This document shows positions 46,966 through 56,831 of a stretch of DNA of 64,000 nucleotides, piece by piece. Under the pieces are notes generated by a model that saw only the letters and a program-made list of their open reading frames with translations, was not told the DNA's origin and searched no databases. The first letter of the stretch is position 1. The number at the start of each line of letters is the position of its first letter. Location of the stretch: positions 1 through 64,000 of the IMG/VR virus record IMGVR_UViG_3300048592_000564. One strand, given 5' to 3'. The position numbers and the translations under genes are program-made. Origin of the DNA: a virus.

Positions 46966-47538
46966 ATGAAACTTGGCCTGCACGCATCAGCTTTCGACCC
47001 GATCCACCCAGGCTATCTGTACGCGTGGCATCAGGCCCTGGACGCCGGGGCGTGCGACGGCATCGTGGCCGCGATCCATGCAGACCCAAGTACCGAAAGG
47101 TCAGAGAAACGCCGCCCGGCCATGACGGTCAAGGAACGAATCGCGATCCTGGAGCAATTCCGCGTCGTCCAGACGGTCTGCGTCTACGTCGACGAACGGC
47201 AGTTGTACGAGATGATCAGGAGCACCCGTCCCGCGTGCCTGATCATAGGCGAAGACCACGAGTTCGACCGCGTGACCGGCGCCGACCTCGCGCCAGTGTT
47301 TTGGGCCAAACGCAATCCCGAGTGGTCCGGTACCCAGATCGCGAGACGCATTGCCGCCAGTTTGCCCGACGTGGCCGCGAGCCTACGATTCACCGAAGGA
47401 CTCGACCCCGAGGTCATGGCCCGCTATCCTGCCCAGGACCTCCTGAGCATCCACGCGATCTTCAAGTCCATCGGGGACGCGTTCGACCGCCACCTGGCCG
47501 ACCGCGCGGCCCGTGGATGCGAGCCCGGCCAGATGTAA
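46966..47538 (+). CDS. cytidylyltransferase-family nucleotidyltransferase (TagD/RfaE-II-like)
   Basis: AFDPIHPGY (HxGH-like), K.RP.M...ER..IL, G.D, WS.T.I. Confidence 0.75.
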   Translation: MKLGLHASAFDPIHPGYLYAWHQALDAGACDGIVAAIHADPSTERSEKRRPAMTVKERIAILEQFRVVQTVCVYVDERQLYEMIRSTRPACLIIGEDHEFDRVTGADLAPVFWAKRNPEWSGTQIARRIAASLPDVAASLRFTEGLDPEVMARYPAQDLLSIHAIFKSIGDAFDRHLADRAARGCEPGQM

Positions 47539-47765
47539 CGAAAGGACCGCGATGCCAACCGACCTTAAACTTGTGCAACGGCGTACTAACGCCATGCTGT
47601 GGTGTGTCCGATGCGGATACCTCGGCGGCGTATCCGTGACACTCAAGGGCGGGGCATGGATTCCCGCGGCGATCTGGCGATTCCTGGAACGAATCAGGAC
47701 GGCGTTTAGTGACCAGTTTCGCGACGACATGATCTGGTGCCTAGAATCCTTTGAAAGGACCGCCG

Positions 47766-48056
47766 ATGCCAAGCCGCCGAGCCAAAGCGTACCGGGCCAA
47801 GGAAATCCGCCGTCTGATCCAGGAGTTCAAGGCCCAGGGGTGCCGGGTGTGCGGTGAGCAGGATCCGTGCTGCCTGACGGCCCATCATCTCGACCCGGCA
47901 AAGAAGAGGTTTAGCGTCTCACCCGCGGCCCTGATTCGTTCGAGAATTGGACTGCAGGCCATCCGGGCGGAACTCGCGGGATGCACGCCCCTCTGTGCAA
48001 ATTGCCACCAAAAGCACAATCACGCCAAACTGGAGATTCCATGCACGCAATCTTGA
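47766..48056 (+). CDS. small HNH-like nuclease
   Basis: CRVCG...HHLDP..K...C..LCANCH. Confidence 0.7.
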   Translation: MPSRRAKAYRAKEIRRLIQEFKAQGCRVCGEQDPCCLTAHHLDPAKKRFSVSPAALIRSRIGLQAIRAELAGCTPLCANCHQKHNHAKLEIPCTQS

Positions 48057-48385
48057 CCGTTCCGTTCAGCCAGTCCCGCGGTCGAGTGGTCGACCAAGTG
48101 ATCTATTCCAAATACGCCGAGGCCGCGATCGTGCGGTGGCAGGACGGGGCCTATTCGTTCATCGGCTACAAGCCCGGATACGAGGCAGGCGACGGCGAGC
48201 TTCGGGACGAAGAATGGGACGACCGACAGTTCTCGGAACAGGAGATTATGGCGGCCGGGATCGCGACCCAACAGGACCTTGACCAGCGGAAAGCCGAAAT
48301 TGCGGCGCGGTTTGAAAGCAACCAACGAACCGCAAGGCTGCTTCAGTTTCAGCGGCTCAAGCAAGAGTTCGAACCGGGGGAATAG
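48041..48385 (+). CDS. hypothetical protein
   Basis: GGAG RBS. Confidence 0.45.
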   Translation: MHAILTVPFSQSRGRVVDQVIYSKYAEAAIVRWQDGAYSFIGYKPGYEAGDGELRDEEWDDRQFSEQEIMAAGIATQQDLDQRKAEIAARFESNQRTARLLQFQRLKQEFEPGE

Positions 48386-48387
48386 CC

Positions 48388-49044
48388 ATGTCGATCCTGA
48401 TCGGCCTCTTGACCTGCCATGCCCACCGGGAGCGGGACCTGCTCGTCGAGCAGACCTGGAAGCCCGTCGCGGAATCCTTGGGCATGCGGGTCGTGTTCCT
48501 GATCGGGGACGGCCCCAAGGTACCGCCGACGTGGCTCGACGGGGACTATCTGCGGATCCCGTGCCCGGACGACTACCCACATTTGCCGCAGCGATCGGCT
48601 GGATTCTTCCGTTGGGCGCTCACGCAGCCCGACTGGGATGTGCTTGTCAAAGGAGACAACGATTCCCTGATCATTCCCGAGCGACTCGCGGCCGTCTCGA
48701 TGGAGGACGTGGACTACCGTGGCGCCGAGTGGAAACCGGGGGTCAATTATGCGAGCGGCGGGGCAGGCTACATGCTTTCCCGCCACGCCACCCAGATCGC
48801 GGCCGAGAGACTGAAGGAGCGGGCGGGCGCCGAAGACCTCCTAACTGGAAAGCACTTGCGACGGGCCGGGATCAAGTTCACGATCGACCAACGCTTCGAC
48901 CCGTGGGGCCGCGACCCGCCGACACCCGAGAACGACAAGATCACGACCCACAAGCTCGACCGGGAGCGGTGGCTGGCGTGCTGGGGGCAGTTTCAGCGGT
49001 CGAGTCCGCAGACCCGACAGAATGTGGACGAGCACCCAGAGTAA
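48388..49044 (+). CDS. GT31-like (galactosyltransferase/fringe) glycosyltransferase
   Basis: DDY..LP, KGDNDS (DxD), DYRG, YASGGAGYMLSR, AED...G. Confidence 0.75.
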   Translation: MSILIGLLTCHAHRERDLLVEQTWKPVAESLGMRVVFLIGDGPKVPPTWLDGDYLRIPCPDDYPHLPQRSAGFFRWALTQPDWDVLVKGDNDSLIIPERLAAVSMEDVDYRGAEWKPGVNYASGGAGYMLSRHATQIAAERLKERAGAEDLLTGKHLRRAGIKFTIDQRFDPWGRDPPTPENDKITTHKLDRERWLACWGQFQRSSPQTRQNVDEHPE

Positions 49045-49238
49045 TCCTTGGCCGTGACCTGTTCGGACGCCGGGTGCTCACAGAACCGCTGGATTGCGTC
49101 GATGTGAGCCGCTACCCGGCTCAGTTCGGACCGGACAAACAGCTGCGCCAGTCGAGCTTCGGCGATACACCGCTTGACGCCAGTCTGATCTACTGGGACC
49201 TTAAGCGATCCGACTATCGAATATCGTTTTTCGTCCAT
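48993..49238 (-). CDS. hypothetical protein
   Basis: GAGGTG RBS; converges on the GT31 gene. Confidence 0.4.
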   Translation of the reverse strand: MDEKRYSIVGSLKVPVDQTGVKRCIAEARLAQLFVRSELSRVAAHIDAIQRFCEHPASEQVTAKDYSGCSSTFCRVCGLDR

Positions 49239-49544
49239 ATTGCACCTCACAGCATCCAGTCCGGCAACCGTCCCTCGGCACGTTCCGCCACGGGCTCGGG
49301 GGCCGCCCGCAACCTGACATTTACGACCCGGTATCGCCAGCACCGGTTATCTGAGTCGTACCAGGACTCGATCCTGTCACCGGGTGACCCAGCGTCCATA
49401 TAAAGATTCGACAAATGAAGCTCGCCCCCGTTGGCCCGAATCGCCGCAACAAGGATGCGGAAAAACTCGTCACGCTCGCGGCGGAGAGACCACTGCTCTT
49501 GGCGATTGGCTTCCGCGAACTGGACCGCCAGTTTGTTCAACGCA

Positions 49545-49808
49545 TCAGCCACGGACGTGCTCCCATTGATCGTATTCCCAAGTGGTCCAGGTCCTGACGC
49601 ACAGCCAGTGAAACGCCCCGCAGTAGTGGCCGATGAACGGTCGCCAGTTCCAGTCCGTGACGTTGATCGCCAGCTTGAACGAGATCCCGACGATCCGCTG
49701 TCCGTTGTATCTACCACGAGGCCATCGGATCTGCGGTATTCCCGCAAACCACCACCAAACCGCAATGGCCAACATCACCGCCACGGACACGCCAAGCCAA
49801 AACATCAC
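49545..49808 (-). CDS. small membrane-anchored hypothetical protein
   Basis: GGAGG RBS, N-terminal transmembrane segment. Confidence 0.45.
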   Translation of the reverse strand: MMFWLGVSVAVMLAIAVWWWFAGIPQIRWPRGRYNGQRIVGISFKLAINVTDWNWRPFIGHYCGAFHWLCVRTWTTWEYDQWEHVRG

Positions 49809-50200
49809 GCACCTCCCTGCCCGTGAAACTCCTCAACCCTGACCACCGCTTGAGACCGAGCGTGCGGGCAATCAGGATACCACCAGCAGACCCCATCGAC
49901 GCGGCAAAGATACCACGACCGGCCGCTGGCCTCTCGATACCACGGAATCCAGCCAAGCAAGTAATCCATGAAGCTCATCGGAGTTGACCAGAAATCACTT
50001 GTGATCGGAAGTACATCGCGGCCCGCCCGTGCAGCCGACGAATCCAGCGCCGCAGCACAGGTTACGCTCCAGCTTCGACAACCGGCGTTCCAGGTCTCGT
50101 CGCGCCGCCCATTCCACGCGAGCGCGCATCCAGGCACAGAACCACACGATTCCCAGCGACAGGAAGGCCCCAAGGGCAAATTGCAGATCCATATTGCACC

Positions 50201-50425
50201 TCATACCGGCGGCGGATTCTTTCGGTACCAGCGGACAATGTCGGCATGCCGGGGCGGCTTCTGGCCCGCATACGTTCCACCCGATGGATCGTCTGGAGAA
50301 TCTTTGTCCGGCAGCCACGTTTCAATGTCCATCCAGCGACCGTTAATCCTCACGCGTGTGTGCTTGACCCGTCGGTTTCCAAACAGCGTTTCGTCGATGA
50401 TCGCATTCAGTTCGTCGTCGCTCAT
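50201..50425 (-). CDS. hypothetical protein
   Basis: GAGGTG RBS after the ssb stop. Confidence 0.45.
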   Translation of the reverse strand: MSDDELNAIIDETLFGNRRVKHTRVRINGRWMDIETWLPDKDSPDDPSGGTYAGQKPPRHADIVRWYRKNPPPV

Positions 50426-50433
50426 GGTTCACC

Positions 50434-50901
50434 TCAAAATGGGAGATCTGGTTCTAACTCACCCACCGGCGCCGCCCGCGGCGGTTCATCGTACTGGGCC
50501 GGCGGAGCACTCGGGGCCGCGCCGCCCTGCCGGTAGCCCTCTTCGGCCGGCGGCGGGCCGCTGTCCCGCTTGCTGCCCACGAACACCAGCTTGTCACCCG
50601 TGACCCGGAGCTTCGACCGCTTCTCGTTCGTGTTCCGGTCGTTCCAGGTGTCGAGTTTCAACCGCCCCTCGACCAGGATCTGCTGGCCCTTCGTGACATG
50701 CTCGCCGCACACCTCGGCGGTCTTTCCCCAGAACGTGATATCGACGAACACAGCCTCATCGACCCACTCGCCGGCCGCGTTCTTTCGTTTCTCGTTGACC
50801 GCGAGCCCGAGTTCCACGACCGCCATCCCGCCCTGTGTATATTTCAGTTCGACCTCGCGAGTCACATTACCGACCAGCACGACCCTGTTATAACTTGCCA
50901 T
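50434..50901 (-). CDS. ssb: single-stranded DNA-binding protein
   Basis: NRVVLVGN.TR..ELKYT, WGK.AE, KG..ILVEGRL, C-terminal DLPF. Confidence 0.95.
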   Translation of the reverse strand: MASYNRVVLVGNVTREVELKYTQGGMAVVELGLAVNEKRKNAAGEWVDEAVFVDITFWGKTAEVCGEHVTKGQQILVEGRLKLDTWNDRNTNEKRSKLRVTGDKLVFVGSKRDSGPPPAEEGYRQGGAAPSAPPAQYDEPPRAAPVGELEPDLPF

Positions 50902-51380
50902 CCCGCACCTCCTCAGAAAATCCTCACCACCCGCCCCAGCGCCACCCTGGGCTGGGCGTCAATCCAATCCTGCCACAACTCCGGGTCAGCCGCCCTCATC
51001 TTCTGGAGCGCGAGACGTTCGAGGTACTGGACCTGTTGCCTCGCATCCGTGGGCAGCACCCCACGGGCATGCAGCACCCGGGCCGCTTCGTCTTGGCTCA
51101 TCAGGCACCCGTGAAATGGTTTGCGTCCTTGCGTCATCAGTTTGGCCCGACCCACCAGCCGTCGGCCGGTTGCTCGATGGTTGTTCGACAAACCCCGCTC
51201 CGCAGCACCTCGAACGCATACCAGGATAGCCGCAGGCCCCCGCCGTCGGCCACAAACTCCATGCCGTCCAGGTCGCTGTCTCGCGCGATCTCCATCTCGT
51301 CCCCGGCCCGGCTCTTGATCCAGGCCAGGAGCCATTCGAGGTCGTCGGGGTCCGAGAGCTGGCCCAACATGGTGCGGTCC

Positions 51381-51767
51381 TTAACGGCCTGTCGGCTTGG
51401 CAAGTTCAGTAATTTTTTCCAGGACCGTGACCCGTGGAGCAAAATGCGCTTTTCCGGACTCGTAAGCGCAAACCACGCTTATGATCACAAAAACAAAGGC
51501 CCCAAGGCCACCGCAGACATACCCAATGAACCACGGAGCATCATCGTTCTTTTGTTGGCCTATCCAGCACCTGCGGGCCACGACGCCACACGCTATCGCG
51601 AGCACCAGCCACACGATGGCAGCGGCTAAATTCGACCAGACTTGCCACGCCAGCCACTCCTGGGCGACCAGCGGGGCCTGTTCGGCCACGAACCCGCCCG
51701 CCTGCCGGACCGCCCCATCGAGCGAACCGAGATATTCCAACAACCGATCCTGTAGTTCCTTGTTCAC
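51381..51767 (-). CDS. membrane protein
   Basis: EQAPLVAQE, two transmembrane segments, APRV; GGAGG RBS. Confidence 0.55.
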   Translation of the reverse strand: MNKELQDRLLEYLGSLDGAVRQAGGFVAEQAPLVAQEWLAWQVWSNLAAAIVWLVLAIACGVVARRCWIGQQKNDDAPWFIGYVCGGLGAFVFVIISVVCAYESGKAHFAPRVTVLEKITELAKPTGR

Positions 51768-52165
51768 GATCAACCCTCCTCGTACTCGCGACACAACACC
51801 ACGGCGGCATCCCGAAGCTCTTTCGATCGTGCCTCGTGAAACGCCACGCAGCCGCCAAAGTCCCCAATCGCATCCGCCATCGTGGCCTGCGCAGAATGAT
51901 AGTCCGCCAACGCGACCAAAACCTGTGGCAGCATCGGCAATATCGCGATTTCTTCCGGCCTGAACACTACGCCCGCCATCGGATCAACCCTCCACTCGCT
52001 GATCGGAAAACATGGCTCTCGATGCCTGGACCAGGATCGCGATCATGCAGCACAGCACAGCCCGCGCCCCATCGCTCGAATGGCCGCCGTTCATCAGCTG
52101 ATGAAAGCCGATCGCGATTGCAAGTACCGTTGCCAAATCGTGACACCGCAAGATTGCCCACATGA

Positions 52166-53752
52166 TCAATTCTCCGCCCCAACAGGATAAACGACCCCCG
52201 CCCCGACGTCACCCCCGAACACCTCGGCCCGCAGGTCCCCGTCGCCGATCTGGCCGGTCCAGAGCCAGATCTTGTGAGCCCGGCACATGGCCGCGATCTC
52301 CTGCCGGGCACTGTCAAGCTGACCCTGCCATGCCTCCTGGGAGAACGGGACGAACGAGCTCGGGGGCAGCTTTTCCGCGTACCAGCGGAAGACCGTCTGG
52401 TATCGCTCGCCCTCGCTGAGATCGTCGAACAACTCTAGGTGCCCGTCGAGCCCCCGGTCGGATTCCACGTAGAGCCGACCGTCCCGCCACGTCAAGCCCG
52501 CGAACCCGGCGGCCCGCAGGGCTTCCTCAAGCACCATGTCGGTGGACCGTGCGAGCGACCGCAGGGCCTTGCCCCGCGTTTCCGACGCGGTAGCGGCCTG
52601 TCTCGCGGCCTCGGCGTCCGCGTGGGTCTTTTGTCCTTCCCTGGCCCGCTGGCCCGCCAGGATCGCGGCGTGGGCCTGTTCTTTGGCGATCCGGGCTTGT
52701 TCGATCACTTCCAGCGACGGCCCGTCCACGACCCCGCCCTCCACGGTGGCGCGCAGTTCCGCGACCGCGAAGTGCTGGGCCTTGGCGGTTTTCATCCTGG
52801 CCGACGCGTCCGCGCTGGCCTGGGTCGCGGTATCGATGCCCCGGATTGCCTCCTCGCGTTTGCGGCGCAGTTCCGCGATCTGGAGGTCGATGGTCGCCAC
52901 CTCCTGCTGGCCGACCGAACGACGAGCTTCTGCGGCATCGATCTCGGCCTTAATGGCCGCGACATCGGGCAGCGATGCCTGGACGCCAGCCAGTTTCTTG
53001 CGAGCCGCCTCGACGGCCTCCGCTTGTTCGCGAGCCTGCTTGGCCTCGGCTTCCACGCGGGAGAATTGGTGCAACGCCACCTCATAGGCTCGCTGGAGCA
53101 TCTCGGGATCCTGGGGCACCGTGAGGTCCACGCCCGCGAGTTGCCCGGCCAGGGTCTCGGCCCGGCCGGTCTGGCGGACCGCCTCCTGCTCGGCCGCGAG
53201 CGCGAGTGCATGGACGCGCGCCCGCACGACCTCCGCGGACCCCACGGGGTTCCGGGGATCAATGCCCGCAAGGATTTCCTCGACGCGTTCCGGCACCACG
53301 TCGGCCAAGTGGCATCCCCACTGCTCGCCCGTGACCTCGACCTGCCCGACCCGGACAAGCATTCGAAGCCGCAGCGAGTCCCGTTCGGTTTTTCCCTTGA
53401 GCTTGGGCTCGACCAGCACCGAGGGATCGCACTCGGGGTCGACCATCTCCATCTCGAGTTCACCCGAGGCCGTGTTGCGACGCCCGATCCTGACCAGGAT
53501 GCCGGGCGCCCGGATGGTCCCGTGGTCGCAACCGTCGCGGGGCACGAGACTGGACCGCACCTCCGTGTTGTTCAGCGCCGCGACACACCGGACCGAAGTT
53601 GTTTTCCCAACCCCGTGACGCCCACGCCAGACCACCACCCCGCCCTGCTCGGGCAGTTCAGCCCGCGCGTAGGCGATCGCCTGCACGTTCTCGATCTCCA
53701 GGGCCGGCTTGCCGTTGCCCTGCTCAGGTTTCGTTTTCTTTGCCACCGCCAT
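52166..53752 (-). CDS. Rad50/SbcC-like coiled-coil ATPase
   Basis: Walker A GRHGVGKT, long coiled coil, LSEGER signature. Confidence 0.75.
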   Translation of the reverse strand: MAVAKKTKPEQGNGKPALEIENVQAIAYARAELPEQGGVVVWRGRHGVGKTTSVRCVAALNNTEVRSSLVPRDGCDHGTIRAPGILVRIGRRNTASGELEMEMVDPECDPSVLVEPKLKGKTERDSLRLRMLVRVGQVEVTGEQWGCHLADVVPERVEEILAGIDPRNPVGSAEVVRARVHALALAAEQEAVRQTGRAETLAGQLAGVDLTVPQDPEMLQRAYEVALHQFSRVEAEAKQAREQAEAVEAARKKLAGVQASLPDVAAIKAEIDAAEARRSVGQQEVATIDLQIAELRRKREEAIRGIDTATQASADASARMKTAKAQHFAVAELRATVEGGVVDGPSLEVIEQARIAKEQAHAAILAGQRAREGQKTHADAEAARQAATASETRGKALRSLARSTDMVLEEALRAAGFAGLTWRDGRLYVESDRGLDGHLELFDDLSEGERYQTVFRWYAEKLPPSSFVPFSQEAWQGQLDSARQEIAAMCRAHKIWLWTGQIGDGDLRAEVFGGDVGAGVVYPVGAEN

Positions 53753-53761
53753 GCTCCTTTG

Positions 53762-54505
53762 TTAAACCCTTCCCAATCCCGAAACCACTTCCCCGGCCCC
53801 CAGGCGACCGGCCAACTTCGTCAGCGCCGACCACTCGACCTGACGCGCCCGCTCTTTCGAGATCCCGTGCCGGCGCCCCGCCTCCGCGAGGGTCTCGCGT
53901 TCCCGCCCGGCCCGCGCGAGCACGATGTCGCGTTCCCGATCGTCCAGATGCGCAAGTGCCTGCTGGATGTCCAGTGGCCCCGCGGGATCCTGCCCGGCGT
54001 CCTCGTAATAGTAGCCCGCGAGTTCTTCCAAATCCCGTTCATCCCGCAGGACCGTCTGGCGAGCCCGACGAGCCCGCTCTTTCTGGATCGCGTGCCAGAA
54101 CTCCCGGCGAAGCGCGACCGTCAGGTATGTCGACAACGCGAACCCCCGGTGGGGATCGTATGAGTCCAAAGCGACCAAGAGTTTGAACGTGCCCAGTTCG
54201 ACCAAATCATCGACCGTCAAGGGGTCCCGGAGGCACTTTTGCGCGACCCAACAGACCAGGCTCATATTGCTCTCCCACAGCACATTCCGGACCCGCTCGT
54301 AAGCCCGCTGGGCCTCCCGCTGCAGTTCATCGTAGCGCCGCCACGACAACAGGTCCTGGGTCCGGCAGGCCGCAAGTTTCCAGAGCCGCAAGTACCGGAC
54401 CCGGCTTCGAAGGTGCGCCATCTCGCGTGCCAGTTCGGTCTGCCGCTCCCTGGGAAGCGGCTCCGGCCACGCCCTGAATCCCGCCCCGTCCCGTTTTCGC
54501 TTCAT
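53762..54505 (-). CDS. sigma-70 family RNA polymerase sigma factor
   Basis: N..LV..VA, DDLV..G...L..A.D.YDP.RGF.LSTY, LD.RER, ETL.E.G...GISKER.RQ.E..AL.KL. Confidence 0.9.
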   Translation of the reverse strand: MKRKRDGAGFRAWPEPLPRERQTELAREMAHLRSRVRYLRLWKLAACRTQDLLSWRRYDELQREAQRAYERVRNVLWESNMSLVCWVAQKCLRDPLTVDDLVELGTFKLLVALDSYDPHRGFALSTYLTVALRREFWHAIQKERARRARQTVLRDERDLEELAGYYYEDAGQDPAGPLDIQQALAHLDDRERDIVLARAGRERETLAEAGRRHGISKERARQVEWSALTKLAGRLGAGEVVSGLGRV

Positions 54506-54575
54506 GCGATCCTCCCCCGGGGTCAATCCCGGTCGTAAACAAGATGCCCGAACACCCACGAGACCAACAACCCAA

Positions 54576-54794
54576 TTAGCAATTTTGCGAACATCGCCGA
54601 TCCCCCAGCGCCCAGTCGAACCACCGTTGACGATCCAGCGGCCGGGGCGACGGCCTCGCGACTCGCTCGACCGGAGCCCGGATGCCAAGCCGCGCCGCAC
54701 ATTCCGGCCCATACCCGGCCTGGACGCTCGCGGGACGGGTCAGCACCCGACCGCAGCGTCCACACCGGATTTGGTTCGGTTTCGCCATCGTCAC
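54576..54794 (-). CDS. DUF6011-like small zinc-binding protein
   Basis: CGRCGRVLT...S...GYGPECA. Confidence 0.7.
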   Translation of the reverse strand: MTMAKPNQIRCGRCGRVLTRPASVQAGYGPECAARLGIRAPVERVARPSPRPLDRQRWFDWALGDRRCSQNC

Positions 54795-55780
54795 GCCGCC
54801 GCGTTCTTTCGTGCCGCCAGATCCTTGAGGTACTGATCGGCCTCAGCCGTGATGTCCTGCCCGGCATCGTGCGCCGCCTTGACCCACGCCGACACCGCTT
54901 TGGCGGGCTTTTTGTAGAGACCATCCAGCCACATTTTCCGATCCGCGTTGTCGGCCACGGGACCCGGAGTCCCGACGGGCGTCTGTTCGCCCAGCGCCGA
55001 GGTTGCGTCGGCCGCGATGTCGTCGCCGGGGTTCTCGGGCAACTTACGCTCGAACTCCGCATCTTCGGCCGGCCGTCCGTCGCCCTGCTGTGTTCCCGGT
55101 TCCACGATCGTGCCCTCGACGGTCGCCTCTTCGTCGTCCACGACATGCTGGCCCGACACCACCGCGTAGGCGGTCTGGTAAAGCCGCTTCTTCACCTTGC
55201 CGTAAATCGCGTCAAGCCCCATGCCCTTGTTGACCACGACCGTGATCGCGGCATCGCCGGTGCGGTCCAGGGTCTGGAGCTTGCCATCGAGCCGGTACAC
55301 CAGCTTGGTCTGGACCGTCGCGTAATTGCGTTCGCAAAGCACCTGATAGCGAGGCAACCCCATCGCGGGCGGCTGGACGTTCGTGACACCGGGAAATTCC
55401 TTGAAGCGGCGTTCCCAATACGCCTTGGTCATGTAGCACCGCCCGGACGCGATGTGGATCTCGCCGCCGACGATCCTGCCACCCTGGAGGACGCCTTGCA
55501 GCACCACGTCGCCCACGACCTTGTCGGGCCACTGGGCACCTTGTTCGCAGGAAATCCCGAGCGGGCTCCCGACCAGCTGCCGGATGTCGGGCATCACCTT
55601 TTCGATCAGGCCCCGGAGCTGATTCATCGCCCCCGCGGCCACCATCGCTTTCACGACGTCGTCGCCGCTCGCCTCCGCGAGCGCCATCTCGGACTGACAG
55701 GTTTTGACCACGCGGTTGAGTTCCAGGACCTGCTGGACGCTGGATTGCGGGATCAGGGTGTAGTTCTGGGGGTCGGCCAT
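54791..55780 (-). CDS. RecT/Redbeta-like single-strand annealing protein
   Basis: G..GGEIHIASGRCYMTK core, acidic C-terminus, neighbours SSB and ATPase. Confidence 0.55.
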   Translation of the reverse strand: MADPQNYTLIPQSSVQQVLELNRVVKTCQSEMALAEASGDDVVKAMVAAGAMNQLRGLIEKVMPDIRQLVGSPLGISCEQGAQWPDKVVGDVVLQGVLQGGRIVGGEIHIASGRCYMTKAYWERRFKEFPGVTNVQPPAMGLPRYQVLCERNYATVQTKLVYRLDGKLQTLDRTGDAAITVVVNKGMGLDAIYGKVKKRLYQTAYAVVSGQHVVDDEEATVEGTIVEPGTQQGDGRPAEDAEFERKLPENPGDDIAADATSALGEQTPVGTPGPVADNADRKMWLDGLYKKPAKAVSAWVKAAHDAGQDITAEADQYLKDLAARKNAAA

Positions 55781-55782
55781 TG

Positions 55783-56199
55783 TCACGTTCCTTCCACGAG
55801 AGAAAAAAGGGCTAGAATTTGTTTCAGTCGCACTTGGTCGTCGGCACGCCGCTTGGCGTTGTACTGTTTGAGTCGCCGTCGCAGCAGCACGCTGGACCGC
55901 CTGTCCACGCGTTGAACCGCTTGGTCGCACGGTACATGGAAAATCGTATTGCGCATTTCGCACAGCGTTTCCCAGTCGGCCAGCTGCCGCATGTCGCGAA
56001 GCTCGCGGTCGTCCACGGGCTCGGTGACCGGCACCACGGGAGTCGGAATTGCCGGCGGCGGGACGTTGCCTGGGGCCTGCTGGTCGGCCATCCAGTCCAA
56101 GAACCGGTCCTCGCACGCCATCCCGTAATTGATCCGGGCATGGAATTGCTCCGAGGCCGTAATCGGAAACTCCCCGCTATACCCGTGCGCGTGAAACAT
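55783..56199 (-). CDS. hypothetical protein
   Basis: GGAGG RBS. Confidence 0.45.
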   Translation of the reverse strand: MFHAHGYSGEFPITASEQFHARINYGMACEDRFLDWMADQQAPGNVPPPAIPTPVVPVTEPVDDRELRDMRQLADWETLCEMRNTIFHVPCDQAVQRVDRRSSVLLRRRLKQYNAKRRADDQVRLKQILALFSLVEGT

Positions 56200-56398
56200 C
56201 GTCCACCTCCGCGGGCTCGGCGTTGAGTGCCTCGTCGTAGCCCTCGCGGGCACGGCGCAGTTTATGCGCCAGTCCGTCGAGGGCCAGGAGCCGGTGCGGG
56301 GGCGATTGGGCCAGCACCAGCAGGACTTCGTCGACCGCGTCATACAAACTGTCGGCGGCTTTCAGAAGTGTGTCGTTGACCGTTACGGTAGTGGACAT
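56177..56398 (-). CDS. hypothetical protein
   Basis: GGAGG RBS, first gene after promoter. Confidence 0.5.
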   Translation of the reverse strand: MSTTVTVNDTLLKAADSLYDAVDEVLLVLAQSPPHRLLALDGLAHKLRRAREGYDEALNAEPAEVDDVSRARV

Positions 56399-56413
56399 CG
56401 CGACCTCCAGGCA

Positions 56414-56448
56414 ATAAAAAAAGGTTGCGTGCCAAATGGCCCGCAACC
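56414..56448 (-). terminator. intrinsic terminator or attenuator
   Basis: GGTTGCG.GCCA/TGGC.CGCAACC stem followed by T7 on the minus strand. Confidence 0.6.
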
Positions 56449-56480
56449 ACATTGTAGCCCTGTAGGTGGACAACGCAATA

Positions 56481-56708
56481 TCAAACAGAAACTTTTTCCG
56501 CAATTGGTTTGCGCGGCTTGCGATGCTCGCGACGATAGCGCTCGACCTCTGTCCTGGAGAACAGGTTGTAATTACCGAGCCGGTCGGAGGCGGCCAGCTG
56601 CCCGCGTTCCACGGCCTTTTTGATTGCCCAAGGGGTGCAACCAAGCTCCCTCGCCGCCCCCACGGCGGTAAAATACTCCACGTTGTCGATCGTTAGGCTG
56701 GTCGTCAT
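56481..56708 (-). CDS. excisionase/HTH_17-like DNA-binding regulator
   Basis: YFTAVGAARELG.T...I...V.RG.L.A...G....F.R.EVE. Confidence 0.8.
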   Translation of the reverse strand: MTTSLTIDNVEYFTAVGAARELGCTPWAIKKAVERGQLAASDRLGNYNLFSRTEVERYRREHRKPRKPIAEKVSV

Positions 56709-56714
56709 GCCAAC

Positions 56715-56743
56715 ATTGTAGCACCGACGACCCCACAGGACAA
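56715..56743 (-). promoter_or_regulatory. promoter giving a probably leaderless HTH mRNA
   Basis: TTGTCC-17-TACAAT, then 6 nt to ATG, no SD. Confidence 0.6.
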
Positions 56744-56831
56744 CACGCGAACCGCCGCGCGGATCACCAGGCCACTACGAAGCCGACGCATCAAAAACAA
56801 CCACACCAAAAAATAATTTTCGCTTTTGGGA

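Noticed and set aside
24163-49044. Host O-antigen or capsule locus
   Set aside because: No wzx/wzy/wzm/wzt or initiating transferase is present, and the genes are interleaved with phage-type ORFs and HNH endonucleases.
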